From Candidatus Ryanbacteria bacterium CG10_big_fil_rev_8_21_14_0_10_43_42 (GTDB lineage: Bacteria > Patescibacteriota > Minisyncoccia > Ryanbacterales > 2-02-FULL-48-12), in assembly GCA_002793915.1 (NCBI GenBank), contig PFEF01000003.1, forward strand, positions 18,854 to 82,853: a stretch of DNA of 64,000 bases, written 5' to 3'. This document shows positions 35,536 to 46,265 of the stretch, piece after piece. Within the stretch, counting starts at the first letter, position 1; each line of letters starts with the position of its first letter. The position numbers and the translations under genes are program-made. The notes beneath the pieces were generated by a model. That model was not told where the DNA came from. It saw only the letters and a program-made list of their open reading frames with translations, and did no database searches.

Positions 35536-36171
35536 TTATTCCGCCTGGTTATTCAATAATTCAATCAATTTATGTTTTGGAAGCGCTCCCGTGCGCAGTA
35601 TCCGAGGCGGCGATACCATAAAATCAATTACCGCCGATGGGCTATTGGGTGGCAGATCACCGGCATCTACAATAAGATCAGGCTCCATTCCTCCTTCAAA
35701 TTCATCAATAACATCTCCAATCTTCGTGTATGGTCCACGTCCCGATGTATTCGCACTTGTACCAGTAATGGGAGACCCGAATGTTTCCAGAATTTTTTTA
35801 ACAAACGGATGAAATGGAATACGAACGCCCACCGTCAAACTTCCGCCTCTCAAGGAAAGCGGTACCCATCCCCGTGCAGGCAATATTGCCGTTACCGAAC
35901 CAAACGATTCTATGCGTTCTTTTAGTGACTCATTAGCAACAGCAACTTTATCCATCATAGTAAAGTCTGATACAAAAATGGGCAGTGCCTTTTCAGCCGT
36001 ACGCATTTTAATTTTGAATATACGGTCTATCGCTTTCTCGTTCCATGCATCGGCGATGATGCCGTATACGGTATCCGTAGGAACGATGACAACACCTCCG
36101 TTTTTAATAATCCGTATTGTCTCCAAAACTGCAGAGACTTCGTGAGTCGCATCAAGAGGAATAATACGCAT
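35536..36171 (-). CDS. tsaC: L-threonylcarbamoyladenylate synthase (YrdC/TsaC family)
   Basis: VIVPTDTVYGIIADA and TGTSANTSGR motifs. Start set at MRIIPL (36171), after the stop of the upstream gene. Confidence 0.85.
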   Translation of the reverse strand: MRIIPLDATHEVSAVLETIRIIKNGGVVIVPTDTVYGIIADAWNEKAIDRIFKIKMRTAEKALPIFVSDFTMMDKVAVANESLKERIESFGSVTAILPARGWVPLSLRGGSLTVGVRIPFHPFVKKILETFGSPITGTSANTSGRGPYTKIGDVIDEFEGGMEPDLIVDAGDLPPNSPSAVIDFMVSPPRILRTGALPKHKLIELLNNQAE

Positions 36172-36181
36172 AGCTCTTCTA

Positions 36182-36871
36182 TTATACCATATTCCGCAAC
36201 ATGTCTTCTGCACGCACCACATCTTCGGGGTATCCTATTACAATCCACTGCGAAGACCGCACCGTATGAAACGTATGTCCATCCTCAAGCATTGCCATAA
36301 TTCTGTCCGGAATATATTCTTCTCCATCACGAGGTTGAGCAACATAAGAAAAAATGGCATTACTCAATAAAAGAACTCCCGAAGATACAAGGTTTGATTT
36401 TGGCTTTTCAGGCTTCTCATCAATACGAACTATCCTTCCTTCACTGTCTGTTTCTATAACACCAAATTTTCTCGGATCATCAACTTCATCAATCAGCAAG
36501 CACGGTGACCCTTTTTCTACACATGCACGAACACCTTCCTTTCCATGAATATCATCCGCATACATTACCATAAACAATGGTTCATTTTTTAAAAACTGCT
36601 CGCACAAAGCCAGTGCCGCCGCCGTACCTCCCGGCTTTTTCTGTTCAATATATGTAATGGGCCGTCCCCGCCATGAATCTCCCAAAAAATCTTCTATCTG
36701 ATTTCTCTTATAACCCACAACCAAAATAAGTTCCGTGATGACATCGGGAAGCACATCAAGCTGATACTCCAGGAGTGTGCGCCCTAAAACACGTACCATC
36801 TGTTTTGGCATTGTTTCTGTAAGCGGACGCATGCGACGCCCCTCTCCGGCTGCTAATATCACTGCCTTCAT
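36182..36871 (-). CDS. sugar-phosphate nucleotidyltransferase (NTP_transferase family)
   Basis: N-terminal LAAGEGRRMRPLT (G-x-G-x-R-x-x-P motif) and GGTAAAL. 229 aa. Confidence 0.75.
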   Translation of the reverse strand: MKAVILAAGEGRRMRPLTETMPKQMVRVLGRTLLEYQLDVLPDVITELILVVGYKRNQIEDFLGDSWRGRPITYIEQKKPGGTAAALALCEQFLKNEPLFMVMYADDIHGKEGVRACVEKGSPCLLIDEVDDPRKFGVIETDSEGRIVRIDEKPEKPKSNLVSSGVLLLSNAIFSYVAQPRDGEEYIPDRIMAMLEDGHTFHTVRSSQWIVIGYPEDVVRAEDMLRNMV

Positions 36872-36953
36872 AAAAATACCTTACTGATATAACACAATTT
36901 GTATCATAAACCCTCCAAGAAAAAAAGCCCTCGCATGAGTATTCATCTCCGCC

Positions 36954-39491
36954 CTATAAAACAAAATTAATCAGCTTGTCCGGCACAAAAATTACTTTCC
37001 GTATCGTACCGGCATCCAAGAAACCCATTACGCGCTTTTCCTGGCGGACAAGTATTTCTGCCTCTTCTCGCGTACTCCCACGGGGCATTTCTATTGTGGC
37101 ACGTACACGCCCGTTTACCTGCACAACCAGGTTATAGGTTTCTTCCATAAGATATTTCTCATCATAAGCGGGCCACGTGGCTACATGAATACTTTTTTTC
37201 TCTCCGAGCATATGCCATAGTTCTTCCGTCATGTGAGGCGCGAACGGCGCTGTAAGCTTAAGCAGTATTTTTACATCAGATGCCGTTACATTATTCTTAC
37301 CCGCCTCAAACGCATTAAGTAAAATCATACATGCGCTAATTGCCGTGTTATATCTTAAATTGGCAATATCATCCGTAACTTTTTTTATAGCGGCGTGGGT
37401 ATCTTTTTCAAAAACACTCTTTTTTCCGGAATGCACATTATGCGAAAGTCGCCATATTCTTTCCAAAAAACGTGTAATCCCCAAAATACCCGTATCTTGA
37501 AAATCTCCCCCTTCCGCAAAAGGACCTAAAAACATAAGATACATGCGAAGAGCGTCCGCTCCGCATTTTTTTATATAATCATCCGGATTAACAACATTAC
37601 CCTTCGATTTAGACATCTTAGATCCTCCCTTAATAAGAAGTCCGTGAGCACGAAATTTCTGAAATGGCTCTTCAAACGTGATCATACCTCCGTCATAGAG
37701 AGCCATGGCAAAAAACCGCACATACAACAAATGTAGTACCGCGTGCTCCGCACCTCCTATATACATATCAACGGGAAACCATTTCTTTGTTATACCCTCA
37801 TGCCACGGCCTTTTTTTCTCCGTTTGTGAAGGATAACGCATATAATACCAGGCGGAATCGAGAAACGTATCCGATACATCCGTTTCCCGCCGCGCCATTT
37901 TTTTGCATTTTGGACATACAACCTCGTAAAATGATTTTACTGATGCAAGAGGAGATGTGTCATTTCCGGTGGGACGGAAATTTTTTATATTGGGAAGCAT
38001 AACCGGCAAGTCATTATTAGGCACCGTATACCATCCCGGCATATCCTTTCTTTCTCCCGCACCCTTTTCTTTGCATGACACGCAAAAAATCATAGGAATG
38101 GGCGGTCCCCAATATCTCTGTCGGGAAATGAGCCAATCACGTAAACGATATGTTATTTTTTTCTTTCCCTCTACGGCCTTGATAATTTTTGTTCTTGCCT
38201 CTAATGAATCCATCCCATCGTATGGACCGGAATTAACAAGCCGTCCATGGCCTACATATGCCTCATCATCATCCACAATACTTTTTCGAAGACGAACCGC
38301 CATGTCATCCGCAGTATCGGCATGTGCATCCGGTTCCACCACCGGAACAATATTAAGCCAATATTTTTTTGCAAAGGCAAAATCGCGCGTATCATGCGCC
38401 GGCACCGCCATAATGGCACCTGTTCCCACATGCCCCAACACATAATCGGCAACCCATACGGGAATAGGTTCCTTGGTTGCCGGATTAATCGCCCGAACGC
38501 CCTCCAATTCCACGCCCGTCTTTTCTACTTTATCCCGCATGCGATCCTCTTCCGATTTTTTCTTAGCAACCTTGATATACTCTTTTACTTCTTCTTCATT
38601 GTTAATATCCAGTTCATTATTCATGAGCAAAGGATGCTCCGGACCTATCACTAAAAACGTAGCGCCGAAAATCGTATCCGCCCGCGTTGTATAAACCTCA
38701 ATTGAAAGTTGAGAATGGGAAATGGGAAACTGAATCAGCGCACCTTCTGATTTTCCAATCCAATTTTTTTGTGCAATCTTAACTTTTTCAGACCAATCAA
38801 TTGTATCAATACCGGAAAGAAGGCGCTCCGCATATTTCGTTATCTTAAAAAACCACTGCTCCAATTCCTTTTTAATGACAATGGTATCACACCGCTCACA
38901 CTCACCGGCAATAACCTGTTCATCAGCAAGCACTGTTTTGCACGACGGGCACCAATTTACCACAGCTTTTTTTCTATACGCGAGTCCTTTTTTGAACATA
39001 ACGGTAAAAAGCCACTGCGTCCATCGATAATAATCCGGATCATATGTTTCCAACCGTTCTTTCCAGGCAAAGCCGTTTCCAATCATTTCAAGCTGTTTAT
39101 AAAAACGCTTTTCCGAAATTTTCGCCTGTGTTATGGGATGTGTTCCCACCTTAAGCGCGTAATTTTCCGAATGAATACCAAAACCATCCAAACCAATTGG
39201 CTCAAACACATCATATCCCTGCATACGCTTAAACCGTCCGTATACATCCGCTCCGGTAAATGCATACATATTCCCGACATGTAATCCTTCTGCCGAAGGA
39301 TACGGGAACATCATCAAATTATAAAAAGGATTTTTTGCCGTTTTTAGATTTGGTTCATATATGCCGGATGATGCCCATTTCTTCTGCCATTTCTTTTCTG
39401 TACGCGCATGATTATATGCCACTACTCGCTTTACCGAAGACCGTTTTTTAAGAGTTTTTTTTGGCAAGGATTTTACGCTCTTTTTTGACAT
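36954..39491 (-). CDS. leuS: leucyl-tRNA synthetase
   Basis: Class I aaRS: HIGH-like region (PYPSAEGLHVGNMYAF), KMSKS (GSKMSKSKGN), CP1 editing domain, Leu-specific C-terminal domain. 845 aa. Confidence 0.95.
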   Translation of the reverse strand: MSKKSVKSLPKKTLKKRSSVKRVVAYNHARTEKKWQKKWASSGIYEPNLKTAKNPFYNLMMFPYPSAEGLHVGNMYAFTGADVYGRFKRMQGYDVFEPIGLDGFGIHSENYALKVGTHPITQAKISEKRFYKQLEMIGNGFAWKERLETYDPDYYRWTQWLFTVMFKKGLAYRKKAVVNWCPSCKTVLADEQVIAGECERCDTIVIKKELEQWFFKITKYAERLLSGIDTIDWSEKVKIAQKNWIGKSEGALIQFPISHSQLSIEVYTTRADTIFGATFLVIGPEHPLLMNNELDINNEEEVKEYIKVAKKKSEEDRMRDKVEKTGVELEGVRAINPATKEPIPVWVADYVLGHVGTGAIMAVPAHDTRDFAFAKKYWLNIVPVVEPDAHADTADDMAVRLRKSIVDDDEAYVGHGRLVNSGPYDGMDSLEARTKIIKAVEGKKKITYRLRDWLISRQRYWGPPIPMIFCVSCKEKGAGERKDMPGWYTVPNNDLPVMLPNIKNFRPTGNDTSPLASVKSFYEVVCPKCKKMARRETDVSDTFLDSAWYYMRYPSQTEKKRPWHEGITKKWFPVDMYIGGAEHAVLHLLYVRFFAMALYDGGMITFEEPFQKFRAHGLLIKGGSKMSKSKGNVVNPDDYIKKCGADALRMYLMFLGPFAEGGDFQDTGILGITRFLERIWRLSHNVHSGKKSVFEKDTHAAIKKVTDDIANLRYNTAISACMILLNAFEAGKNNVTASDVKILLKLTAPFAPHMTEELWHMLGEKKSIHVATWPAYDEKYLMEETYNLVVQVNGRVRATIEMPRGSTREEAEILVRQEKRVMGFLDAGTIRKVIFVPDKLINFVL

Positions 39492-39589
39492 ATATCAACG
39501 GTACCCAAAAATAAGAGTTTTGGGTACTTGACTTTATATAATAAATATGGTTTTAATACATATCATATTAATTATTCAGGAGGTGTGTT

Positions 39590-39934
39590 ATGAAAATAAA
39601 ACTACTGGCGGTAGTTTTATCGTTGACAACGTGTTTCCTTTTTTCGCACGCTTATGCCGAAGGGAAAAACAGGGCTGAAGAAATTTCTCGGGTTATAATA
39701 CAGGTAAATGACCTTCAAAAAAAGAAGGATACGTTCATGAAAACAAGTCCTTCTTCTTCAGCTAAGGAGCTTGTTGCTGACATACACGAAAGAATGCTGA
39801 AGGCGAAAGATCTTACCCTAACGGCTTGTGCCAATGAAAAAACATATCATGAATGCACAAGTCGCCTAAGTACACTCGAAAGGCTCATAGCGCTGGAGAA
39901 GCGAATACTAGACGATCAGTCTCCGGCAATATAA
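39590..39934 (+). CDS. small secreted hypothetical protein (signal peptide)
   Basis: MKIKLLAVVLSLTTCFLFSHAYA|EG signal peptide. 114 aa. Followed by a terminator. Confidence 0.5.
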   Translation: MKIKLLAVVLSLTTCFLFSHAYAEGKNRAEEISRVIIQVNDLQKKKDTFMKTSPSSSAKELVADIHERMLKAKDLTLTACANEKTYHECTSRLSTLERLIALEKRILDDQSPAI

Positions 39935-39945
39935 GCCGTTAACCT

Positions 39946-39965
39946 AAGTCCTTCGGGACTTTTTT
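39946..39965 (+). terminator. rho-independent terminator (AAGTCC-ttcg-GGACTT + TTTTT)
   Basis: Hairpin plus T-run between convergent genes. Confidence 0.6.
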
Positions 39966-39982
39966 AGTTGTAATATTTCGGA

Positions 39983-40840
39983 TTACATGCCAAACACCGT
40001 ACGGGTATTTCTTACAAGTTGTATAAACACATCTTCTTCGGGAAGCTCTTTTATCTCCGCAATACGGCGCGCGGTGTGCTCCACATATAACGGTTCATTG
40101 CGTTTTCCACGGTACGGCACGGGAGATACATATGGCGCATCGGTCTCTACCATGATCCGTTCAAGCGGCGTTTTTTTCACTACTTCATCGTAATCATGCG
40201 TAAAGGTAAGTACGCCCGTAAAAGAAAGGTGAAAATTTAAATCCAAAAATTGCCTTGCAACATTCCACGATCCCGCAAAAAAATGGACATCCCCGCCGAT
40301 TTCTTCTCCCCTTTCTTCCTTAAGTATGGCAATTAAATCTTCGTATGCATCTCGGCAATGGATCATAAGCGGTTTACCTACATCACGCGCAAGCCCCACC
40401 TGCGCCCGAAATACTTCCTTCTGCTTTTGTTTTAAATCTTCATCCATACTGTTCGATTCCTGATTTTTGCCTCTAAAATAATCAAGTCCGCATTCCCCGA
40501 TGGCTACCGTTTTTGGGTTCATGGCAATTTTTTTATAAGCATTATAGTCAAATTCTTCTACGCGCGATGTAAAGCCGGGCACGGCATCTCCCGCATCGAT
40601 CTCATTCTTATCAACATATGTTTCCGATAAATGAATGGGATGAAGCCCTACGGATGCATAAATTCCCTCTTCGTATTTAACCGCATATTCCACCGCGCGT
40701 TGCGAAGTGTCAATTTGTGAGCCCACTAAAATAGTCCAAACGCCTCCGTCCAACGTGCGCTTAATAACCTCATTGCCGTCGTTTTTATAGGCGTTAAAGT
40801 TTATATGAGAATGGATATCGATAAATCTTGGATTCGACAT
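39983..40840 (-). CDS. tatD: TatD-family metal-dependent DNase/hydrolase
   Basis: N-terminal IDIHSHINF, HCRDA and VETDAPY motifs of TatD. 285 aa. Confidence 0.9.
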   Translation of the reverse strand: MSNPRFIDIHSHINFNAYKNDGNEVIKRTLDGGVWTILVGSQIDTSQRAVEYAVKYEEGIYASVGLHPIHLSETYVDKNEIDAGDAVPGFTSRVEEFDYNAYKKIAMNPKTVAIGECGLDYFRGKNQESNSMDEDLKQKQKEVFRAQVGLARDVGKPLMIHCRDAYEDLIAILKEERGEEIGGDVHFFAGSWNVARQFLDLNFHLSFTGVLTFTHDYDEVVKKTPLERIMVETDAPYVSPVPYRGKRNEPLYVEHTARRIAEIKELPEEDVFIQLVRNTRTVFGM

Positions 40841-40849
40841 GCTGTGTTT

Positions 40850-42181
40850 TTACTGTTTCCCTTGTGCCACCCCCGTCCAGCGTGCCACGAGCGGCGTGAG
40901 TGGCGGCTCAATAATAAGCGTAAGTAAGATAACCCACATGCCGATAGCTATCACGAAATCAGACTGAATAGCACCGGCAGTGGATGCAATAATTAACAAC
41001 ACGGCGGCTATAATACCCGTTTCCCGAACGAAGCTAAGAAACAACAGATCTCCCACATAAAACACATTACTCCGAAACCATGGAATGAGAGATATAAAAA
41101 CAACTAAAGGACGTACTATGAACATAAAGAGAAGTGCTGAAATAATACCCAGGGGAGCCAAGTCGATAAGAATAGCAAACGGCACCAGGGCACCTAAAAT
41201 AATAAAGACAAAAGGTTTTACCAGATGATCAAGAAAATTCTCATAAAAATGGGATGCTTTTTCAGCTTCTCCGGATACGTCAGTAAGAAGTCCGCTTACA
41301 AATGCCGCAAGAAATCCCGCACCGCCCAAGCTATTTCCCACCACAAACGTAATTACGGGAACCGCCAACAAAAGAGCCGGGTCCCCTTCCCCCGTATCAC
41401 GGTAGAACTTTTTAAGAATACGGAACCCCGCATACCCTATAAAAATACCGGATATAATTTGAAGTGAAAGAGCATCATACGCCGCCTTATTAAGAAGAGG
41501 TGAAAATAAGGAAAACACGGTAGTACCCGCCGTAAGGGGTACAGATACAAATGCAATTAAAAGAAATCGCGTTAAAATACTCCCGCTAATGTCGGTAAGC
41601 GCGCTTTCCGCAATAGCGATTTGCTTTATGAATGCCCGCTTAAACCGAAGGACTTTTAACGTAGGGATAATGGCTGTCGGATCGGTGGATGAAAGCGCCG
41701 CTCCTAAAATAACAATGGAAGGAAGAAGAGCATGTTCGACATATCCAAAGGATGATACGAGAAAAAACAGAAGAAAAGAAAACCCAACGGCAGAAACTGC
41801 CACTCCGACAAGAGACAGTGATGCAATCGGAAAGAACCATTTACGAAAATTTTTAAATGGAATTTCCAATCCTCCCGCAAAAAGAACAATAGCGGCAAAT
41901 AACTCAACGGCAATCTGTAAGCTTGATGTCCCATTCGTAAACGGACTCAATAGCTGTTGCATGGCCATACCCGCACAAATTGCCCAAACAAACGACGGTA
42001 TTGCCGTTTCTGGAGCAATACGATTTACGATATAACTTACAAAAAGCGCAATACCGAGAACAAGCGCTTGAAACTCCGTACCATCCGTAATATGAGAATC
42101 TCCACCAAGTAAAATACCTGCTCCCCAAGAAAGAAGGGTAAGAAAGACGATGAGAGTAAGGTACGGAACAAAACGCTTCAT
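40850..42181 (-). CDS. monovalent cation:proton antiporter (Na+/H+ exchanger, CPA family)
   Basis: 443-aa polytopic membrane protein, about 12 predicted transmembrane helices with Gly-rich helices typical of CPA antiporters. Confidence 0.65.
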   Translation of the reverse strand: MKRFVPYLTLIVFLTLLSWGAGILLGGDSHITDGTEFQALVLGIALFVSYIVNRIAPETAIPSFVWAICAGMAMQQLLSPFTNGTSSLQIAVELFAAIVLFAGGLEIPFKNFRKWFFPIASLSLVGVAVSAVGFSFLLFFLVSSFGYVEHALLPSIVILGAALSSTDPTAIIPTLKVLRFKRAFIKQIAIAESALTDISGSILTRFLLIAFVSVPLTAGTTVFSLFSPLLNKAAYDALSLQIISGIFIGYAGFRILKKFYRDTGEGDPALLLAVPVITFVVGNSLGGAGFLAAFVSGLLTDVSGEAEKASHFYENFLDHLVKPFVFIILGALVPFAILIDLAPLGIISALLFMFIVRPLVVFISLIPWFRSNVFYVGDLLFLSFVRETGIIAAVLLIIASTAGAIQSDFVIAIGMWVILLTLIIEPPLTPLVARWTGVAQGKQ

Positions 42182-42214
42182 AAATTAACGTAAATGCCTG
42201 TTATGAGACATATA

Positions 42215-43783
42215 TTATCCGATACGAGGGAACATCTGTTCCCGTTCCTTGATTGTATACTCATTTTGATCTGAAGGAATGCCTTCCTTATCCACACCAA
42301 GCATGGCACGGATAGACGCGCTCGTTTGCGGCATAAATGGAAGTAATGCATATGCCACCGTATCAATACCTCTAAGAAGCTGCCATAATACCACCTGTGT
42401 TTTTTCCTTGTCCGTCTTAATAAGCTTAAACGGTTCGTATGTTTGAATATATTTATCCATCATATGAATGATCCCCCAAACGATGTTCATCGCCTCGTTA
42501 AGACGATATGTTTGCATGTGTTCATGATACAATGGCAGTATACTGCGCTCCACCTCGTACAATAAACTTGTTCCTTCCACCGAAAGATGCTCTCCCTTTG
42601 CATGAATAAACGCAATATCAGAAACAAGAGGTGCTGTAGTAAGAAGATCATCTGCCGGCTTTGCGAGATATCCTTCAAAATACGCTTCAACCATCTTTGT
42701 AACACGACTCACCACATTCCCCAGCCCGTTTGCCAAATGAGCATTATATGCTTCCGTAAAACGATCTTCCGTAAAATCACCATCTTCAAATGTGGGAATT
42801 TCCCGCAACAAAAAATACCGGAGCGAATCAACGCCATACTTATCGATGAACGAAAAGGGATCTATGACGTTCCCCAAAGACTTGGACATTTTTTTTCCTC
42901 CCGAATTAATAAACCCATGCGCCATTACACGCTTCGGAAGCGCAATGCCCGCGGACAAAAGCATACCCGGCCATATAAGTGCGTGAAAGCGCAGAATATC
43001 TTTTCCGATTACATGCATGTCGCACGGCCAATACGTTTCGAGTTGTTTCGTATTGTTTTCGCCAAATCCCAGAGCGGTTATGTAATTTGAAAGCGCATCA
43101 CACCACACATACATTGTTTGCGTATTATCTCCCGGCACCGGCACTCCCCATGATATGTCTTTGGCAGGACGCGAAAAACTTACATCTTCAAGTCCTTCAT
43201 TTAAAAAGGTGAGCATTTCATTTTTACGAAAACTCGGTATAATTTCAAGCTCCCCCGATTTGATACGTTTTTTTATTTCTCCGGTATACCGAGAAAGCCG
43301 AAAAAAATAATTTTCTTCCTCCACATCTTCGGGCTCCTTTCCATGATCCTGACACACACCATCCACTAGATCTTTTTCCGTAATAAATGCCTCGTGTCCC
43401 ACACAATACAATCCCCGATAAGACGCCTTATATATATCTCCCGCCTTTTCAAGACGGCGCCATAATTCCTGTGCTCCTGGCCAATGACGCTCCTGATCGG
43501 ACGTACGGATATATGCCGTATGCGACGCATGCACCTTATCCGCCAATGCGGTAAATAAAGAAGCGTGCTCATCAACAAATTCTTTTGGAGACTTGCCAGC
43601 TGATTCCGCGGCACGGGCGATTTTTGCTCCATGTTCATCCGTTCCTGTAAGAAAAAAAACATCGTCCCCCTGAAGACGCCGGTAACGCGCGATTGTATCC
43701 GCCTGTAAAAGCTCCATTGCATATCCCACGTGCGGAGGTGCATTTACATATGCAATGGATGTTGTTATGTAAAATTTACTCAT
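42215..43783 (-). CDS. metG: methionyl-tRNA synthetase
   Basis: Class I aaRS: HVGYAMELLQADTIARY (HIGH region), KMSKSLGN. 522 aa (no C-terminal tRNA-binding extension). Confidence 0.95.
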   Translation of the reverse strand: MSKFYITTSIAYVNAPPHVGYAMELLQADTIARYRRLQGDDVFFLTGTDEHGAKIARAAESAGKSPKEFVDEHASLFTALADKVHASHTAYIRTSDQERHWPGAQELWRRLEKAGDIYKASYRGLYCVGHEAFITEKDLVDGVCQDHGKEPEDVEEENYFFRLSRYTGEIKKRIKSGELEIIPSFRKNEMLTFLNEGLEDVSFSRPAKDISWGVPVPGDNTQTMYVWCDALSNYITALGFGENNTKQLETYWPCDMHVIGKDILRFHALIWPGMLLSAGIALPKRVMAHGFINSGGKKMSKSLGNVIDPFSFIDKYGVDSLRYFLLREIPTFEDGDFTEDRFTEAYNAHLANGLGNVVSRVTKMVEAYFEGYLAKPADDLLTTAPLVSDIAFIHAKGEHLSVEGTSLLYEVERSILPLYHEHMQTYRLNEAMNIVWGIIHMMDKYIQTYEPFKLIKTDKEKTQVVLWQLLRGIDTVAYALLPFMPQTSASIRAMLGVDKEGIPSDQNEYTIKEREQMFPRIG

Positions 43784-43833
43784 TATATTTTTAACGCTTT
43801 GTCGAAAAATATTTTTTATCGAGCGTATTTCCT

Positions 43834-44892
43834 CTAATTCTCAAATATATGCTTATCGCGAGCAACATCGTTAACGTACTCAACTATGGCGGCCGCTATA
43901 GGAACAGCAAGCACAAAACCCACCACTCCTCCCAATTTTCCTCCTATAAGAAGAGCAATAATAACCAAAAGCGGTGGTACTCCCACGGCTCTTCGCACTA
44001 CGAGAGGATAAATCAAATGATTTTCCATTTGCTGAACGATAACGTAAAGAACAATAACCCACAACCCCAAAATAGGTGCTTGTATGACGGCTAGCAAAAC
44101 GCTCGGGATAGCGGCCATAATAGGTCCGAAAATAGGAATAAGCTCAAATATTGCGGCAATGACCGCAAGCACAAGGGCATATTTTACTCCCAAAAGCGCG
44201 AGTCCGATATATACCAACACCCCCACCATCACGCCCAGTAAGAGTTGTCCCTGAAGCCACTTCCCTATTTTATGCTGTGATCTGCGCCATAAATCAATAA
44301 CGTACGCCTCATGTTCCTTTGGTGCAATAATTTTAAGCACATTAGCAATACCATTTTCCTGTACCGCAAAATAAAAAGATAACACAATAACAAGCACAAA
44401 AGAAAGAGCGCCTCCGAACAAAGAAGATCCTAATGAAGATGTCAGCGAGAAAAATGATCCGATATTCTCATTAACGAATGTATTTAAGTTATCAGTTACG
44501 CTTTCCGCCGGCACCGATATATATTCGGGCGCATACGAAAAAATAAAACTTGCCCGCCCACGCAATTCTTCCAGAGTATCTTCAAGGGATACCGGAAAAG
44601 CCAAAGAAAAATTCTGTACCTCGTTTACTAAAGGCGGCACAATAAGATAAAAGGCAAATGCGAGCAAGGATGCCGTAAGAAAATAAACAGCAAGAACCGC
44701 AAGTACCCGCGGAAAACGAAATCTGCTTATAAAGGAATGGATGCCCGGCTCAATAGCGGATGCAATAACAATAGATAAAAGCAAAATAACAACAATATCG
44801 CGCACAACATACAAAAGCGCCAATCCCAATAAAATAAGAACTGTCTTAAAAATAGTCCATGTGGACACTTCTATTAATTTTCGCTCAATCAT
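43834..44892 (-). CDS. AI-2E family transporter (PerM/UPF0118 permease)
   Basis: Multiple transmembrane helices and the family C-terminal signature LVVRRAVGVPPLLVIIALLIGGKLGGVVGFVLAVP. Start set at MIERK (44892), after the stop of the upstream gene; the ORF-track start is 45006. Confidence 0.7.
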   Translation of the reverse strand: MIERKLIEVSTWTIFKTVLILLGLALLYVVRDIVVILLLSIVIASAIEPGIHSFISRFRFPRVLAVLAVYFLTASLLAFAFYLIVPPLVNEVQNFSLAFPVSLEDTLEELRGRASFIFSYAPEYISVPAESVTDNLNTFVNENIGSFFSLTSSLGSSLFGGALSFVLVIVLSFYFAVQENGIANVLKIIAPKEHEAYVIDLWRRSQHKIGKWLQGQLLLGVMVGVLVYIGLALLGVKYALVLAVIAAIFELIPIFGPIMAAIPSVLLAVIQAPILGLWVIVLYVIVQQMENHLIYPLVVRRAVGVPPLLVIIALLIGGKLGGVVGFVLAVPIAAAIVEYVNDVARDKHIFEN

Positions 44893-44947
44893 ATCGTAAG
44901 TATAGTAGAGAAAAGGAAAAGAAGAAAGTATTGCGGATATACGTAAA

Positions 44948-46213
44948 TTATGCCAGTAATTTCTCCATTCCTCGTACATCTGCATGCGGACCAATAAGTA
45001 CTGCATTCAAATTACGCGGGTGAAATATATGAGTGGCAACAGCATTAATATCCCGCTCCGTTACACGCTCGATGCGTGCCATAACCTCTTCCGGGGTTTG
45101 CACCCGCCCATAGAACAACTCTTGCTCGGCAAAGAACGATGCCACTTCATCGGATGACTCCAGGCTAATGGCAAAATGTCCGCGATAAAAATCTTTTGCA
45201 CGCCTAACCTCATCCGGCGTAACGCCTTCTTTTTCAGCCACACGAAAGGCATCCCTAATACGACGCACCACCTCTTTTGCTTTTTCATGGGGTACGCCCG
45301 CATACACGGAAACATATCCCGAATCGGTATAGGTTTGCGTGCCAGCACCAATAGTATAAGCAAGTCCCAATCGTTCACGGATGTCCATATATAGGCGCGA
45401 ACTTGCTTTTCCTCCTAAAATAGATGCCAGAAGAGATGTCGCATAACGTTCTTCATCATACATGCCATATGCCCGTGCGCCCACAATCATATGTGTTTGA
45501 TCCGTTTTTTTTCGCATAATTTGTACGGCCGGTGTTTTTTGTCCCTCACGTACGGGCTTTTTCTTTTTTGGCATTCCAGCGGGAAGAGACGAAAACGCTT
45601 TTTTTATCTGCTGTACAGCCGTATGCTCATCGATGTTTCCCGCCACAACCACAATAGCATTGGATCCCACATAGTAATTTTTTCTGTAATTCACAATATC
45701 TTTACGCACGAGAGAATTAAGTGACTCCTTCGTGCCGATAATATCCCATCCTGCCGGCTGATCACCATACAAAAGTCCCTCAAACAAATCATGAATATGT
45801 TGCCGCGGCGTATCGAGGTACATATTCATCTCCTGAAATATAACGCCCCGCTCCTTTTCTATTTCATCCGTATTAAACAAAGGTTCCAACAAAATATCGG
45901 AAACAATATCAAGTGCCAGCGGAAATTGCTTGGATGCGGTTTTTACCCAATACCCCGTCACTTCTTTTGACGTAAAAGCATTATGCTCCGCACCAACATC
46001 ATCCAGTACACGACTTATATCGCCCGGCTCGGGACGGGACACGGTGCCTTTAAAAAACAAATGCTCTAAAAAGTGAGAAACGCCATTAATGCGTTTTGCT
46101 TCATATTTCGATCCTGTGCCAAAAAGTACCAACAGAGTAAGACTTTTTGTATCCTTCATGGGAACCGTAATTACCCGAAGGCCATTTTTAAGAGTTGTTT
46201 TTGTATATTTCAT
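44948..46213 (-). CDS. M16-family zinc peptidase (insulinase/pitrilysin-like)
   Basis: Inverted zinc motif HFLEHLFFKGT (HxxEH) near the N-terminus. 421 aa. Confidence 0.85.
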   Translation of the reverse strand: MKYTKTTLKNGLRVITVPMKDTKSLTLLVLFGTGSKYEAKRINGVSHFLEHLFFKGTVSRPEPGDISRVLDDVGAEHNAFTSKEVTGYWVKTASKQFPLALDIVSDILLEPLFNTDEIEKERGVIFQEMNMYLDTPRQHIHDLFEGLLYGDQPAGWDIIGTKESLNSLVRKDIVNYRKNYYVGSNAIVVVAGNIDEHTAVQQIKKAFSSLPAGMPKKKKPVREGQKTPAVQIMRKKTDQTHMIVGARAYGMYDEERYATSLLASILGGKASSRLYMDIRERLGLAYTIGAGTQTYTDSGYVSVYAGVPHEKAKEVVRRIRDAFRVAEKEGVTPDEVRRAKDFYRGHFAISLESSDEVASFFAEQELFYGRVQTPEEVMARIERVTERDINAVATHIFHPRNLNAVLIGPHADVRGMEKLLA

Positions 46214-46240
46214 TTCGTCATGCTACCATACATTGCCAAT

Positions 46241-46260
46241 AAAAAAAGCGGCCGGGCCGC
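46241..46260 (-). terminator. rho-independent terminator on the minus strand (GCGGCC-cg-GGCCGC + TTTTTTT)
   Basis: Plus strand reads AAAAAAAGCGGCCGGGCCGC. On the minus strand this is a GC hairpin followed by T7, immediately after the small ORF stop. Confidence 0.55.
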
Positions 46261-46265
46261 AGAGA

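Noticed and set aside
36872-39589. T-box riboswitch leaders upstream of leuS, metG, ileS, argS, glyQS
   Set aside because: All aaRS 5' leaders are under 130 nt (most under 60 nt), too short for a T-box. No specifier/antiterminator pattern seen.
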